Shown piece by piece: positions 9,502 to 18,922 of a stretch of DNA of 64,000 bases. Position numbers and translations under genes: made by a program. The first letter of the stretch is position 1; each line of letters begins with the position of its first letter. A model generated the notes under the pieces. It had not been told where the DNA came from. It ran no database searches and saw nothing but the letters and a program-made list of their open reading frames with translations. The stretch is from an uncultured Actinomycetes bacterium (lineage in GTDB: Bacteria; Actinomycetota; Thermoleophilia; Gaiellales; JAICJC01), in the NCBI GenBank assembly GCA_963811675.1, contig CAWESH010000013.1:10907-74906 (forward strand). The letters are read 5' to 3'.

Positions 9502-10656
9502 CTAGTTCGCGAGGGCCGTTGAGTAGTCGCGGCCGCCGGCCAGTCCCCTGGCTCCCGTGATCCCGCTTACCACCACCGGGGCGGTGCGCTTCGTCTTGGT
9601 GCCGTCGCCCAGCTGACCGAACTCGTTGTCACCCCAGGCATACACCGTGGTCGCGCCGGCCGCCAGCGTGTGCAGCCGGCCGGTGCCGATCGCCTGGATG
9701 TTGGAGAGCGAGGCCAGCGCCACCGGCTTTGACTTGGACGAGCCGGTGCCGTCACCCAGCTGGCCATAGGAGTTCTGGCCCCACACCCACACCTTGCCGT
9801 CGTTGCGCAGAGCGACGCTGTGGTTGGCGCCCGCGGTGATCGCGGTCGCACCGGTGAGCGTGGCCGCCTTGACCGGGTTGGTCTTGTTGGTCTTGGTGCC
9901 GTCGCCGCACTGGCCGTACTGGTTCCAGCCCCATGCCCAGACGGCGCCGGCAGCGTCGATCGCGAGGCTGTGGTCGCGCCCGCCGGCGATCGCGGTGATT
10001 CCCGTCAGCGTGTTGACCATGACCGGAGTCGGATGGCTGGTGGTGGTGCCGATGCCGAGGTTTCCGAACTCGTTGTCGCCCCAGGCGACCACGGTGCCGT
10101 CGGCGCGCAGCGCCAGCGAGTGGTCGCGGGCACCCGCAATCGCGATCGCGTTGGTGAGCCCCGAGACCTTCACCGGCAGGCTGCGGTTGGTGGTGGTGCC
10201 GTCGCCCAGGATGCCCCACTTGTTGAAGCCCCAGCACCACACGCTGCCGTCGGCGGCCAGCGCCATCGAGTGGTAGTGACCGGTGCCGATCGCCGTGATC
10301 ACCGGGTTTCCCGGGAAGGTGACCTTGGTCGGGCGAGTGCGGTTGGTCTTGGTGCCGTCACCGATCTGGCCGTACTGGTTGTGCCCCCAGCACCACACGG
10401 CGCCGGCGGAATCCAGCGCCACCACGTGCTCACGGCCGCCGTCCAGGTCGACCACGTTCGCAAGCACCGACGCGCCGGGCGTGGAGTGGGCGGTGGTGGT
10501 GCCGTTGCCCAGTTGGCCGTCGGCGTTGTCGCCCCAGGCATACACGTTCGAGCCGGCCGCGAAGGCCGGAGTCTGCTCGAAGAACAGCCCAGCAGTCGAG
10601 AGCGCCAGGCCGGCGGCCGCGCCTCGTTCAAGGAAACCCCTGCGTGTCGAGCCCAT
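9502..10656 (-). CDS. Tat-exported RCC1/BLIP-II-type beta-propeller repeat protein
   Basis: STRRGFL twin-arginine signal; seven repeats of HxxALxxDGxVWxWGxNxxGQLGDG; SD GGAGG before ATG 10656. Confidence 0.93.
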   Translation of the reverse strand: MGSTRRGFLERGAAAGLALSTAGLFFEQTPAFAAGSNVYAWGDNADGQLGNGTTTAHSTPGASVLANVVDLDGGREHVVALDSAGAVWCWGHNQYGQIGDGTKTNRTRPTKVTFPGNPVITAIGTGHYHSMALAADGSVWCWGFNKWGILGDGTTTNRSLPVKVSGLTNAIAIAGARDHSLALRADGTVVAWGDNEFGNLGIGTTTSHPTPVMVNTLTGITAIAGGRDHSLAIDAAGAVWAWGWNQYGQCGDGTKTNKTNPVKAATLTGATAITAGANHSVALRNDGKVWVWGQNSYGQLGDGTGSSKSKPVALASLSNIQAIGTGRLHTLAAGATTVYAWGDNEFGQLGDGTKTKRTAPVVVSGITGARGLAGGRDYSTALAN

Positions 10657-10811
10657 TCCCACTACCTCCAAAGTCTCAGAGCCGTGGTTCGAGCTTACAC
10701 GGGGAATCGGGGGAATCCAAACCCTCCACCACCACCCGGTGCCGGGCTCATAAGACGGAATGCTGTGAACCCGACCCCGGGTGTAGGGGGTGTGGGACGC
10801 AAAGGCTGCGC

Positions 10812-10940
10812 CTTTCCACAGGCAAACGTCAAGGCATATCGCCCGATCTGCGTCCGGAAATCATGCAGATTGCGGGAAAGTTCACCAAAGCGAAATGCGT
10901 TGCCCACGGTTTTCCCGAGTTGCTCACAGAGTTATCCACA
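10812..10940 (+). promoter_or_regulatory. DnaA-box cluster
   Basis: TTATCCACA (10932-10940, perfect) preceded in tandem by TTGCCCACG (10900), TTTTCCCGA (10910) and TTGCTCACA (10920); CTTTCCACA at 10812. Confidence 0.6.
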
Positions 10941-10948
10941 GGGTGGAG

Positions 10949-12134
10949 CTATGCGGACATCAGCGCGGCGGCGAGCGCGTCGGTGAGCACCTGCGCGCCG
11001 GCCTCGCAATCCTCGCGAGCGGCGGTTTCCTCTGGAGTATGGCTGGCTCCGGTGGGATTTCGCACAAACACCATCGCTGCCGGTCTGTGCGGCGCGAGGA
11101 TGCCGGCGTCGTGTCCGGCATAGGACGGCAGGTCTCCGGCCGGAATCGTGCGGTTGGCTGCGGCGGCGGCCAGCAGCGCCCGCAGGTCCGGGTCGAACTG
11201 GGCGCCGTCGTTTCGGGACTCACGGCTGAAATCGGCCTCGCCGAAGTGCGCGGAGCTCAGCCACGATCTCGTCCACCATCGCCACGTCCAGCGCCCGCAC
11301 GTCCAGAGAAAGCGTCACCTCGCCGGGTATCGAGTTGGTCGATCCGGGGAGCACTTCCAGCCTGCCCACGGTGGCCACCGCCCCCGGCCGGGCACGCGCC
11401 GCGGCTTCGACCGCCAGCACGAAGGTAGCTGCTACCACCAGGGCATCGCGGCGCCCGGCCATGGCGGTGGTGCCGGCGTGGTTGGCCTGCCCGCGAAACA
11501 CCACCTGCCACCGCTGCCGAGGCGCCAGCACGGTCGCGATCCCGAGCGTCAGATCGCGGCCGGCCAGGTTCAGGCCCTGCTCGACGTGCACCTCCATCAT
11601 CGAGCGCACCCGTTCCAGCTGGGCGGGTGCGGCCGCCAGCGTCTCGGCGGTGACGCCGTAGATCTCGGGAGCATCGCCCATGACTTCGAGCACGTGGTCG
11701 ATGTCCAGCCGTCCGGTGATCGCCGAGCTGCCGAAGCAGGGCACCCGAAACCGTGCTCCTTCCTCGTCGACGAACGCCACCACCGCCAGTGGGTGACGTC
11801 GCTCGGCGCCGGATTCGAGCAGCACCGCCGCGGCCTCCAGCGCGCACACGACGCCCAGCGCGCCGTCGTAGGCACCGCCGTTGGGCTGGGTGTCGAGGTG
11901 CGACCCGGCGCACACCCAGGGGCCGCTGTCGGCGTCGGGCGTGACCGCCCACAGCGAGCCTGCCCCGTCGCGGCGGATTTCCAGGCCGATCCCGCCGGCG
12001 GCCTCTCTGAACCACTCGCGGGCGGCGGCTTCCAGCGGCGACCAGGCCAGCCGGTCCCAACCGGTGTCGGTGCGCCCGATCGCCGCCAGCTCGTCGAACC
12101 AGCGCCAGAATCTGAGTGGATCGATGTTGGCCAA
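10949..12134 (-). CDS. M20-family Zn amidohydrolase (hydantoinase/carbamoylase, allantoate amidohydrolase-like; indel near 11240)
   Basis: GSHLDTQPNGGAYDGALGV, DEEGARF, EVHVEQG, GQANHAGTT; C-terminal SYAGHDA...VFVRNPTGASHTPEE in the shifted frame. Confidence 0.9.
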
Positions 12135-12154
12135 GGCCGTGTGAGAATACGCGG

Positions 12155-13276
12155 ATGCCGTCGTCCGCGTATCGCCTGCCGGGGTTCGTGAATGCCCACT
12201 CCCACGCGTTCCAGCGACGGCTGCGTGGAATCGTCGAGCAGGTCGACCCGGCCCATCCCCACGACGATTTCTGGACATGGCGCGAGGCCATGTACGCCGC
12301 CGCCGGGGCGCTCGACCCCGAGTCGATCCACGCCGTCTGCCGGGCCGCATACACCGAGATGGTGGCCGCTGGATACGTGGCGGTGGGGGAGTTCCATTAC
12401 CCGCATCACCGCCCCGACGGCGAGCCCTACGCCGACCGAAACGCGATGTCTCGGGCGGTGATCGCCGCCGCCCGCGACGCCGGCATCGAGCTGGTGCTGC
12501 TCGAGACCGCCTACGAACGCGGGGGACAGGGCAAACCGCCCAGCCCCGGGCAGCGACGCTTTTGCGATCCGTCGGTCGACGCCTACCTGGAGCGGGTGGA
12601 CGAGCTTTCGTCCGAGACCGCCGTGGGGCTGGCGCCACACTCGGTGCGGGCGGTGTCGCGGGGGTGGCTCGAGCGGATCGCCGCGTATGCCGACGCGCAC
12701 GGCCTGGTGGTGCACATCCACGCCAACGAGCAGCGCCGTGAGCTGGATGAGTGCATCGCCGAGTACGGCCTGCGGCCGATCGAGCTTTTGGCCGAGACCG
12801 GAATTCTGGGCCCGCGTACGACCCTGATCCACGTCACCCACGTGACCGACGCGGAGCTCGACCTGATCGCCGAGGCGGGGGCGACGGTGTGCGCTTGCCC
12901 GACCACCGAGGCGAACCTGGGCGACGGCTTCCTGCCGGTGCTGCGGATGTTCGAGCGGGGCATCCCGATCTGTATCGGCTCGGACTCGAACACCATCATC
13001 GACCCGGTGATCGAGATCCGCGAGCTGGAGGCGATCGCCCGCCGCCAGGCAGAGCGCCGAAACGTGCTCGTACCCGACGGTGCCAACGGGCCTACGCCGT
13101 ATCTGCTCGCCGCCGGCTCGTCCAACGGCGCTCACTCGCTGGGCATATCTCACCCTCTACCTGAGGTTGAGATTCTGTCCGACCATCCTCACCTGAGGGG
13201 AGTCGCAGCCGAGCATGCTGCGGCTGCGCTGGTGTTCGGCGGCTCCGCCGCCGCGCTTCGTCCTGTGACCTCGTAG
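12155..13276 (+). CDS. hutF: Formimidoylglutamate deiminase
   Basis: PGFVNAHSHAFQR, DDFWTWREAMY, VGEFHY, APHSVRAV, HIHANEQ, CPTTEANLGDG, IGSDS. Confidence 0.9.
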   Translation: MPSSAYRLPGFVNAHSHAFQRRLRGIVEQVDPAHPHDDFWTWREAMYAAAGALDPESIHAVCRAAYTEMVAAGYVAVGEFHYPHHRPDGEPYADRNAMSRAVIAAARDAGIELVLLETAYERGGQGKPPSPGQRRFCDPSVDAYLERVDELSSETAVGLAPHSVRAVSRGWLERIAAYADAHGLVVHIHANEQRRELDECIAEYGLRPIELLAETGILGPRTTLIHVTHVTDAELDLIAEAGATVCACPTTEANLGDGFLPVLRMFERGIPICIGSDSNTIIDPVIEIRELEAIARRQAERRNVLVPDGANGPTPYLLAAGSSNGAHSLGISHPLPEVEILSDHPHLRGVAAEHAAAALVFGGSAAALRPVTS

Positions 13277-13292
13277 ACCGAAAGGCGCCACC

Positions 13293-14465
13293 ATGGATTT
13301 TTCACTCAGCCCCGAGCTTCTCGAGCTGCGTGCCCGCGCGCGAGCGCTGGTTGACGACCACCTCACACCTCTCGAGCTGGAGGCCGAGCAGCGCCACGGG
13401 CGGCTCTCGGCGGAGTCACACGCCAAGGCCAAGGCGGCCATCATGGCGGCGGGGCTGGGTGCCAACAACATCCCCACCGAGTACGGCGGCGGCGGCTTCG
13501 ACCTGACCCAGCAGATCGTCACCCACGAGCAGCTCGGCCGGCTCACCAACTGTCTGTGGGTGCTGGTGTGGAGCCCGTCCAACGTGCTGGTGCACGGCAC
13601 TCCGGAGCAGATCGAGCGCTACCTGCTGCCCGACGTGCGAAACGACCATCGCCACGCCTTTGCGATCACCGAGGCCGACGCGGGCTCCGACCCGCGCGCG
13701 ATCGAGGCCGAGGCGATCAAGGTGTCGGACGATCTGTACGAGCTGTCCGGCATCAAGTGGTTTGTGACCGACGGCGACGTGGCGAGCTACTTCATCGTGC
13801 TCGCCTGGGCGGTGGACGGGGTCGAGCGTCGGCCGACGCTGTTTCTGGTCGACAAGGACTCACCCGGAGTCGAGATGACCGCCGATCCGGACTTCACCCA
13901 CAACTTCCCCTACCGCCACCCCGAGTTCACGTTTACGCGCACCCCGGTGCCGGCCGCAAACGTCCTGGGCCAGGTGGGCGAGGGCTTCACGCTGACCAAC
14001 GAGTGGTTCATCGAGGAGCGCGTGCACATCGCCGCCCGGTGCGTCGGGGCGTGCAGCCGGCTGATCGAGCTCGGCACCGAGTGGGCGCTCGAGCGCGAGC
14101 AGTTCGGCGGGCGCATCTTCGATCACCAGGCGGTGTCGTTCGCGCTCGCCGACTGCGCCGCCGAGACCGCCGCCGCGCGGCTGCTCACCTACCAGGTGGG
14201 CTGGCTGTACGACAACGGGGCCGACCGCAAGCTGGTGCACCACAAGGCCTCGATGGCCAAGCTGATCGCCTCGGAGACCGCGGGCCGGGTGGCCGACCGC
14301 GTGCTGCAGATCTTCGGCGGCCGCGGCTACATGCGCGAGAACCCGGTCGAGCGGCTGTGGCGCGAGCTGCGCGTCGACCGCATCTGGGAGGGCACATCCG
14401 AGATCCAGCGGCTGGTGATCGCCCGCGGTCTGGAGCGCCGCGGCGTCGAGCGCCTGCTCGACTGA
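13293..14465 (+). CDS. Acyl-CoA dehydrogenase
   Basis: FAITEADAGSD, GIKWFVTDG, QIFGGRGYMRE, DRIWEGTSEIQR. Confidence 0.96.
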   Translation: MDFSLSPELLELRARARALVDDHLTPLELEAEQRHGRLSAESHAKAKAAIMAAGLGANNIPTEYGGGGFDLTQQIVTHEQLGRLTNCLWVLVWSPSNVLVHGTPEQIERYLLPDVRNDHRHAFAITEADAGSDPRAIEAEAIKVSDDLYELSGIKWFVTDGDVASYFIVLAWAVDGVERRPTLFLVDKDSPGVEMTADPDFTHNFPYRHPEFTFTRTPVPAANVLGQVGEGFTLTNEWFIEERVHIAARCVGACSRLIELGTEWALEREQFGGRIFDHQAVSFALADCAAETAAARLLTYQVGWLYDNGADRKLVHHKASMAKLIASETAGRVADRVLQIFGGRGYMRENPVERLWRELRVDRIWEGTSEIQRLVIARGLERRGVERLLD

Positions 14466-14467
14466 AG

Positions 14468-14485
14468 CAGGCACCTTTTATTCAC
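14468..14485. repeat. Half copy of the REP-like palindrome
   Basis: CAGGCACCTTTTATTCAC between convergent genes; supplies the TGA (14482-14484) of the minus-strand gene. Confidence 0.7.
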
Positions 14486-15118
14486 GCCGCGAGCGCGAGT
14501 GAGCGCTCGTGGGCGTGCAGCACCAGCGCGTCGTCGATCCGGTCGAGCACCCGCTCGGCGTCTGCGGTCGCCGCTACGGCGGCGAACAGCGGGCTGGTGG
14601 CGCCGTCGCAGAGCAATCGGCGCACCAGCACCATGCCCTCGGGCGTGACGATCTGATCGTCGGAGCGAAGCGTCACCGCGATCGCCTCGAGTCGCGGCCC
14701 AAACTCGCGCACCACGCGCGATTGAGCGGGAAGCGGCGACGGCAGGCCGGCCTCGGTGGTCTCGACGAAGCGGTCGATGCCGTCGGCGTACTGGCGACGG
14801 CGCTTGCGCGAGACCAGGGCGGCCGCATGCTTTTTGACCGCGTCGCCGCCGACGTGGCGAAAGCGCGTCAGCACGATCGCGTCGTACACGTCCGATCGCT
14901 GTGTCCAACAGATGTGCACCACGATCAGCGCCACCGCCGCCCCCAGCGCAGAGGTCGCGACCAGCGCCTCGGCCATAGCGGAAGCTGAACGCGTCGAAGA
15001 CCAGCCGGGCGATGGCGGCAACCACGGTCAGCGTGATCAGTGCGGCCGCTGCCGTCCATGCGGTGTTGAGGCGCTCGTTGACGCGGCTGAGAGCATGTGT
15101 CAGGTCGAAGGGGGTCAT
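14482..15118 (-). CDS. Hypothetical membrane protein (indel near 14975)
   Basis: MTPFDLTHAL N-terminus with TM segment continues in the shifted frame (...ALIVVHICWTQRSDVYD...LLCDGATSPLF); SD GGGGAG upstream. Confidence 0.7.
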
Positions 15119-15134
15119 ACGAAGCTCTCCCCAT

Positions 15135-15162
15135 TCATCGCCGTGCGCCTGACGGCGCTTGA
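15135..15162 (-). promoter_or_regulatory. sigma28/WhiG-type promoter
   Basis: Minus strand TCAA-N16-GGCGATGA upstream of the SD and ATG 15118. Confidence 0.55.
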
Positions 15163-15210
15163 GTCACAAGCAGCGAAATACCTCAGATCGGGTAGACCCA
15201 AACAGCCGGG

Positions 15211-15241
15211 GTGAATAACGGTGCCAGGCACCGTTATTCAC
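15211..15241. repeat. REP-like palindrome, copy 2
   Basis: GTGAATAACGGTGCC-A-GGCACCGTTATTCAC. Confidence 0.95.
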
Positions 15242-15245
15242 GGAC

Positions 15246-15384
15246 GTGCAGACGAGGCCGCTTCAGATGAAGCGGCCTCGTCTACAGGCTGTCCGGTGGG
15301 CCGCCGGACAACGTGCCTCCTCCGGTGGGTCCAGTACCGGCTGCCGCACAGTTCGCGTGGCTGGAGACATCGCAAGCCTCTAGG
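15246..15384 (-). ncRNA. Candidate small RNA (about 135 nt)
   Basis: -10 TAGACT (15391-15396, minus strand), two CCCACCGG-containing hairpins, terminal hairpin; no convincing ORF. Confidence 0.4.
15250..15283. terminator. GC-rich hairpin, probable terminator of a minus-strand small transcript
   Basis: AGACGAGGCCGCTTC-AGAT-GAAGCGGCCTCGTCT. Confidence 0.65.
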
Positions 15385-15437
15385 CGGGCGAGTCTACTCC
15401 AATTTCTGGAAGGTTTGGCGTGCCGTAAGGTGTCGCA

Positions 15438-17314
15438 GTGTTTCGCCAAACCGACACCCTCAGGGTGGTGCCCGCGCTCGTCCCTGTGGCCGCCGGTGTA
15501 TGGCTTGCATTCCAGGGCGGCGGCTACGCGGTCGACGGCTGGGGCGTGGCCGGAGTGGCGTGCCTGCTGGCGTTCGTGGCGGCGGTGGTGATCGGCCCTG
15601 GGCGAAACCTCTCGCCGTGGCAGGTGTCGGCGCCGGTGGCGCTGGCCGCGCTCGGCTGCCTCGGTCTGATCTCGATCACGTGGGCGGCCTGGCCTCAGGC
15701 GGCACTGGTCGAATCCGGTCGCACACTCGTGTACGCCGCCGTGATGGCAACGGCGGTGATCGCCGCCGCCGACGAGCGGTCGCGCCGGTGGTTGATGCTG
15801 GCGGTGGGTGCCGCTCGGCGGTGATCGCCACGGTGCTGGCACTGCGGATGATGTTCGCGGGCGACCCCGGATCGCTGTTCGGCCTCGGCCGGCTGGTGGG
15901 ATCGATCGGCTACGGCGGCGGCATCGCGGCGGTGGCCGCCATCGGCACCTGGCCGCTGGCGGCGGTTGCATGCGACCACGGTCGCCGGTTGCCGCTGCGC
16001 GCGGCCGCAGCCGCGGGTGCGGGGGCGACCGCGGCCATCGTGATCCCGACCGAGGCGCGGGCCGCGCTGGTCGCACTGGTGATCTCGGGCGTCGTGTTTA
16101 TCGCCGTCTCACCGCGAGGACTGGCAAGCTCGTGGCTGGCGGTGGCGATCGCCGCCGCGATCGCCGCACGCTGGGACGCTCTCAACGGCGCCTTTCCGGC
16201 GGCCACCGCCGCCCAGATCCACGCGACCGGCCAGGCGGTGATCGTGGTCGCCGCAGCAGGCCTGGCAGCGGTGCTCGCGATGATGGTGTGCGAGCGATGG
16301 CTGGCCGGACGGGTGGCCGGCTCTGCGGTGTCGTGGATCACGGCACTCGTGCTGGTCGTGGTGGTTGTCGCCGCCGGGGCCCAGCTGCTGCGCTCGAAGA
16401 CCAAGCCCGAGGTATGGCTGCGGCACCAGTGGCATGCGTTTGTGTACGAGGGCAACCCGACCGGAGCCGACACCCGTTTCGATTCGGTCGGCGGCGGCCG
16501 CTTCGACCTGTGGCGGGTGGCGGTGATCACGTTTCACCAGCGTCCGATCGACGGCGTCGGCGGCGGCAGCTTCGGTGAGGCCTACGATCGGCTGGGGCGA
16601 TCTGCCGCCCAGCCGCGGCAGGCGCACAGCGAGCCGCTCGAGCAGCTTGCGACCCTGGGCTTGGCAGGCGGGCTGCTGCTGGTCGCAGGTGTGGGGCTGC
16701 CGCTGGCAGCCGCGGTGGTGGTGCGGACGTCCGAGCAGGACAGCTCTGAGCACGTGGTGGCCGCGGGGCTGGCGGCGGGTATCAGCTACTTCTGCGTTCA
16801 CATGTCGCTGGACTGGGTGTGGCATCTGACCGCCGTGGGTGTGCCTGCGATGGTGCTGTGCGGCGTCGCTCTGGCGGGCCTCGCACCGGCCGAGGAGCGC
16901 GAGCGGCGAAGGATCGTGTCCGCAGTCGTGATCACTGCGGCGGTGGCCGTGGCGCTGGTGGTGGTCGCCCCGGCAGCGATCGCCCAGCACTACCTCACGG
17001 CCTCATTGACCGCACCGTTGGCGCAGGCGCTCACAGACGCCGATCGGGCGGCACAGTTCGATCGCCTGTCGAGTCGACCGGCGCTGGCCCGCGCCCGCGC
17101 GGAGCTGGCAGCCGGTGACGCTCAGGCGGCGCTCGCCGATGCCCGCCTGGCGGTCGCTACCGAGCCACGCTTCTGGGTCGGATGGCAGGTCGAGTACCTG
17201 GCGGCCTCGCGCGCAGGCGACCTGGTCACGGCCCGCACGGCGCTGCATCGCGCGCGACTGCTGGCACCGCACTCCCCGCTCAGGCTGCGGGTGGTCGTGC
17301 CACCGTTCTCATGA
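15438..17314 (+). CDS. O-antigen ligase (Wzy_C)-family membrane protein with C-terminal TPR-like region (indel near 15815)
   Basis: Multi-TM; GRLVGSIGY, GRFDLWRVA...PIDGVGGGSF, QAHSEPLEQLATLG, HMSLDWVW; -10 TAAGGT 6 nt before GTG. Confidence 0.85.
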
Positions 17315-17776
17315 CCGGTCGGAGGGTTCTGCGGCCCATCGCTCGAGTCCCTCGATCTGCCACGGCAACGGCTTGAACACGGGATTGGCAGCCACCGCTC
17401 GATCGACCGCTTCGGCTGCACTCAGGCGCTCGTTGCGTGCGACGATGGCCGCGCAGACAGTGGCTGATCGCTCGCGCCCTCCACGGCAGTGGACGTACAC
17501 GGTGGCGCCGGTCGCGGCCACGGTCACCGCCCGGTCGAGCACCTCGTCCGGTACCGTCGCCCCGTCCGTTACCGCCAACCGGTGCTCGACGATGCCCGCC
17601 TGACCGTACTGGGCATCGATCAGATCGCGCTCGCCGTCCCAGTATTCGCGATCCTCGCACAGGTTGATCACCGCGGTCACGCCCTCGTCGGAAAGCGCCC
17701 GGACGTGACGTTCGGTGTAGGGCATGGGACCACCCAACAAGGTGTCGGAGAGTCGTGCGTAGGCCAGCCGTGACAT
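17309..17776 (-). CDS. Dual-specificity / tyrosine protein phosphatase
   Basis: VYVHCRGGRERS (CX5R) motif. Confidence 0.92.
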   Translation of the reverse strand: MSRLAYARLSDTLLGGPMPYTERHVRALSDEGVTAVINLCEDREYWDGERDLIDAQYGQAGIVEHRLAVTDGATVPDEVLDRAVTVAATGATVYVHCRGGRERSATVCAAIVARNERLSAAEAVDRAVAANPVFKPLPWQIEGLERWAAEPSDRS

Positions 17777-17798
17777 CGCCGGATCCTATCGACCCGGG

Positions 17799-17930
17799 TC
17801 AGTCGTGTCGCAGCTCGTCGGTCATTCGCACCGCCGCCACCGCGCGCTGGTCGAGCTGCTCGCGATACCGCAACTCGAGTTCACGTACGAGTCGCCGATC
17901 ACGGCGCCGCTCACGCATTTTCCGGATCAT
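17799..17930 (-). CDS. Small basic hypothetical protein (43 aa)
   Basis: MIRKMRERRRDRRLVRELELRY...; G-rich SD-like sequence upstream; fills the intergenic gap. Confidence 0.5.
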   Translation of the reverse strand: MIRKMRERRRDRRLVRELELRYREQLDQRAVAAVRMTDELRHD

Positions 17931-18047
17931 CGTGCCCACCCCACAAGTGTGCCTGGACCAACTCCGAAATTTCCAGATGTTTGCAGGAATTTTCCACATA
18001 ATTCTCAGGGTGTTCACCGGCCGGCGGAAGCCGCATACACTGCCGCG

Positions 18048-18841
18048 GTGGATCTCGACGGTATTCATCAGCTGTCGGTGGAGATGGCCCGGCGCTGCGG
18101 GGCGTTGCTGCTGGAGCGCTTCCGCGGGCCGGTGAGCGGCCTGGACACCAAGTCGACGCCGATCGATCTGGTATCCGACGCCGATCGCGATTCCGAGGCG
18201 CTGCTGCTCGCGACGCTCGCAGGTGAGCGGCCCGACGACGCTGTGCTGGCCGAGGAATCCGGTGAGCAGCGGGGCAGCTCGGGCCTTCGCTGGGTGCTCG
18301 ACCCACTCGACGGCACCACCAACTACCTCTACGGCGTGCCCGTGTGGGCGGTGTCGATCGCGGTTGAAGACGCTGATGGCTGGCTCTCAGCGGTGGTCTA
18401 CGACCCCACCCGGGACGAGATGTTCGCGGCCATTCGGGGGGCGGGGCCACCCTCAACGGCCGGCCGATCGGAGTGTCCGACGCGGCCCTGCCCGAGCGGG
18501 CGCTGATTGCCACCGGGTTCTCGTACGGCGCGGAGGCGCGAGTGGTGCAGGCCCGGGCGGTGGACTTCCTGCTCACGCGCGTGCGCGACGTGCGCCGCGG
18601 CGGTTCGGCGGCACTGGATCTCGCGTGGGTGGCCGCGGGACGGATGGACGGCTTTTACGAGGTGCCGCTGAAGCTTTGGGACCGAGCGGCCGGTGAGCTC
18701 TTGGTCACTGAGGCGGGTGGATCGGTGTCGCCGCTCGAGCCGATCGTGGAGTCCAGCGACTCGGGGGTGGTGGCCTCGGCTCCGGATCTGCATCGACCGC
18801 TCGAGGTCTTGGTGGCGACTGCACTGACCTCGCCCGCTTGA
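18048..18841 (+). CDS. suhB: Inositol monophosphatase (SuhB family; indel near 18450)
   Basis: DLVSDAD, WVLDPLDGTTNY, RRGGSAALDLAWVAAGR, WDRAAG; -10 TACACT 6 nt before GTG. Confidence 0.88.
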
Positions 18842-18922
18842 GGAAAATACAGTAGACTGCGTTTCGACTGCTGGTGTCGCCGAGGGTCGGCGCCCAAAAA
18901 GCCCGCAGCCACACCAGACCAC

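Noticed and set aside
10770..10830. c-di-GMP-I (GEMM) riboswitch suggested by GGGACGCAAAG
   Set aside because: No GGCAAA or GNRA-capped P2, no P3 receptor, and it is on the wrong strand for the adjacent gene.
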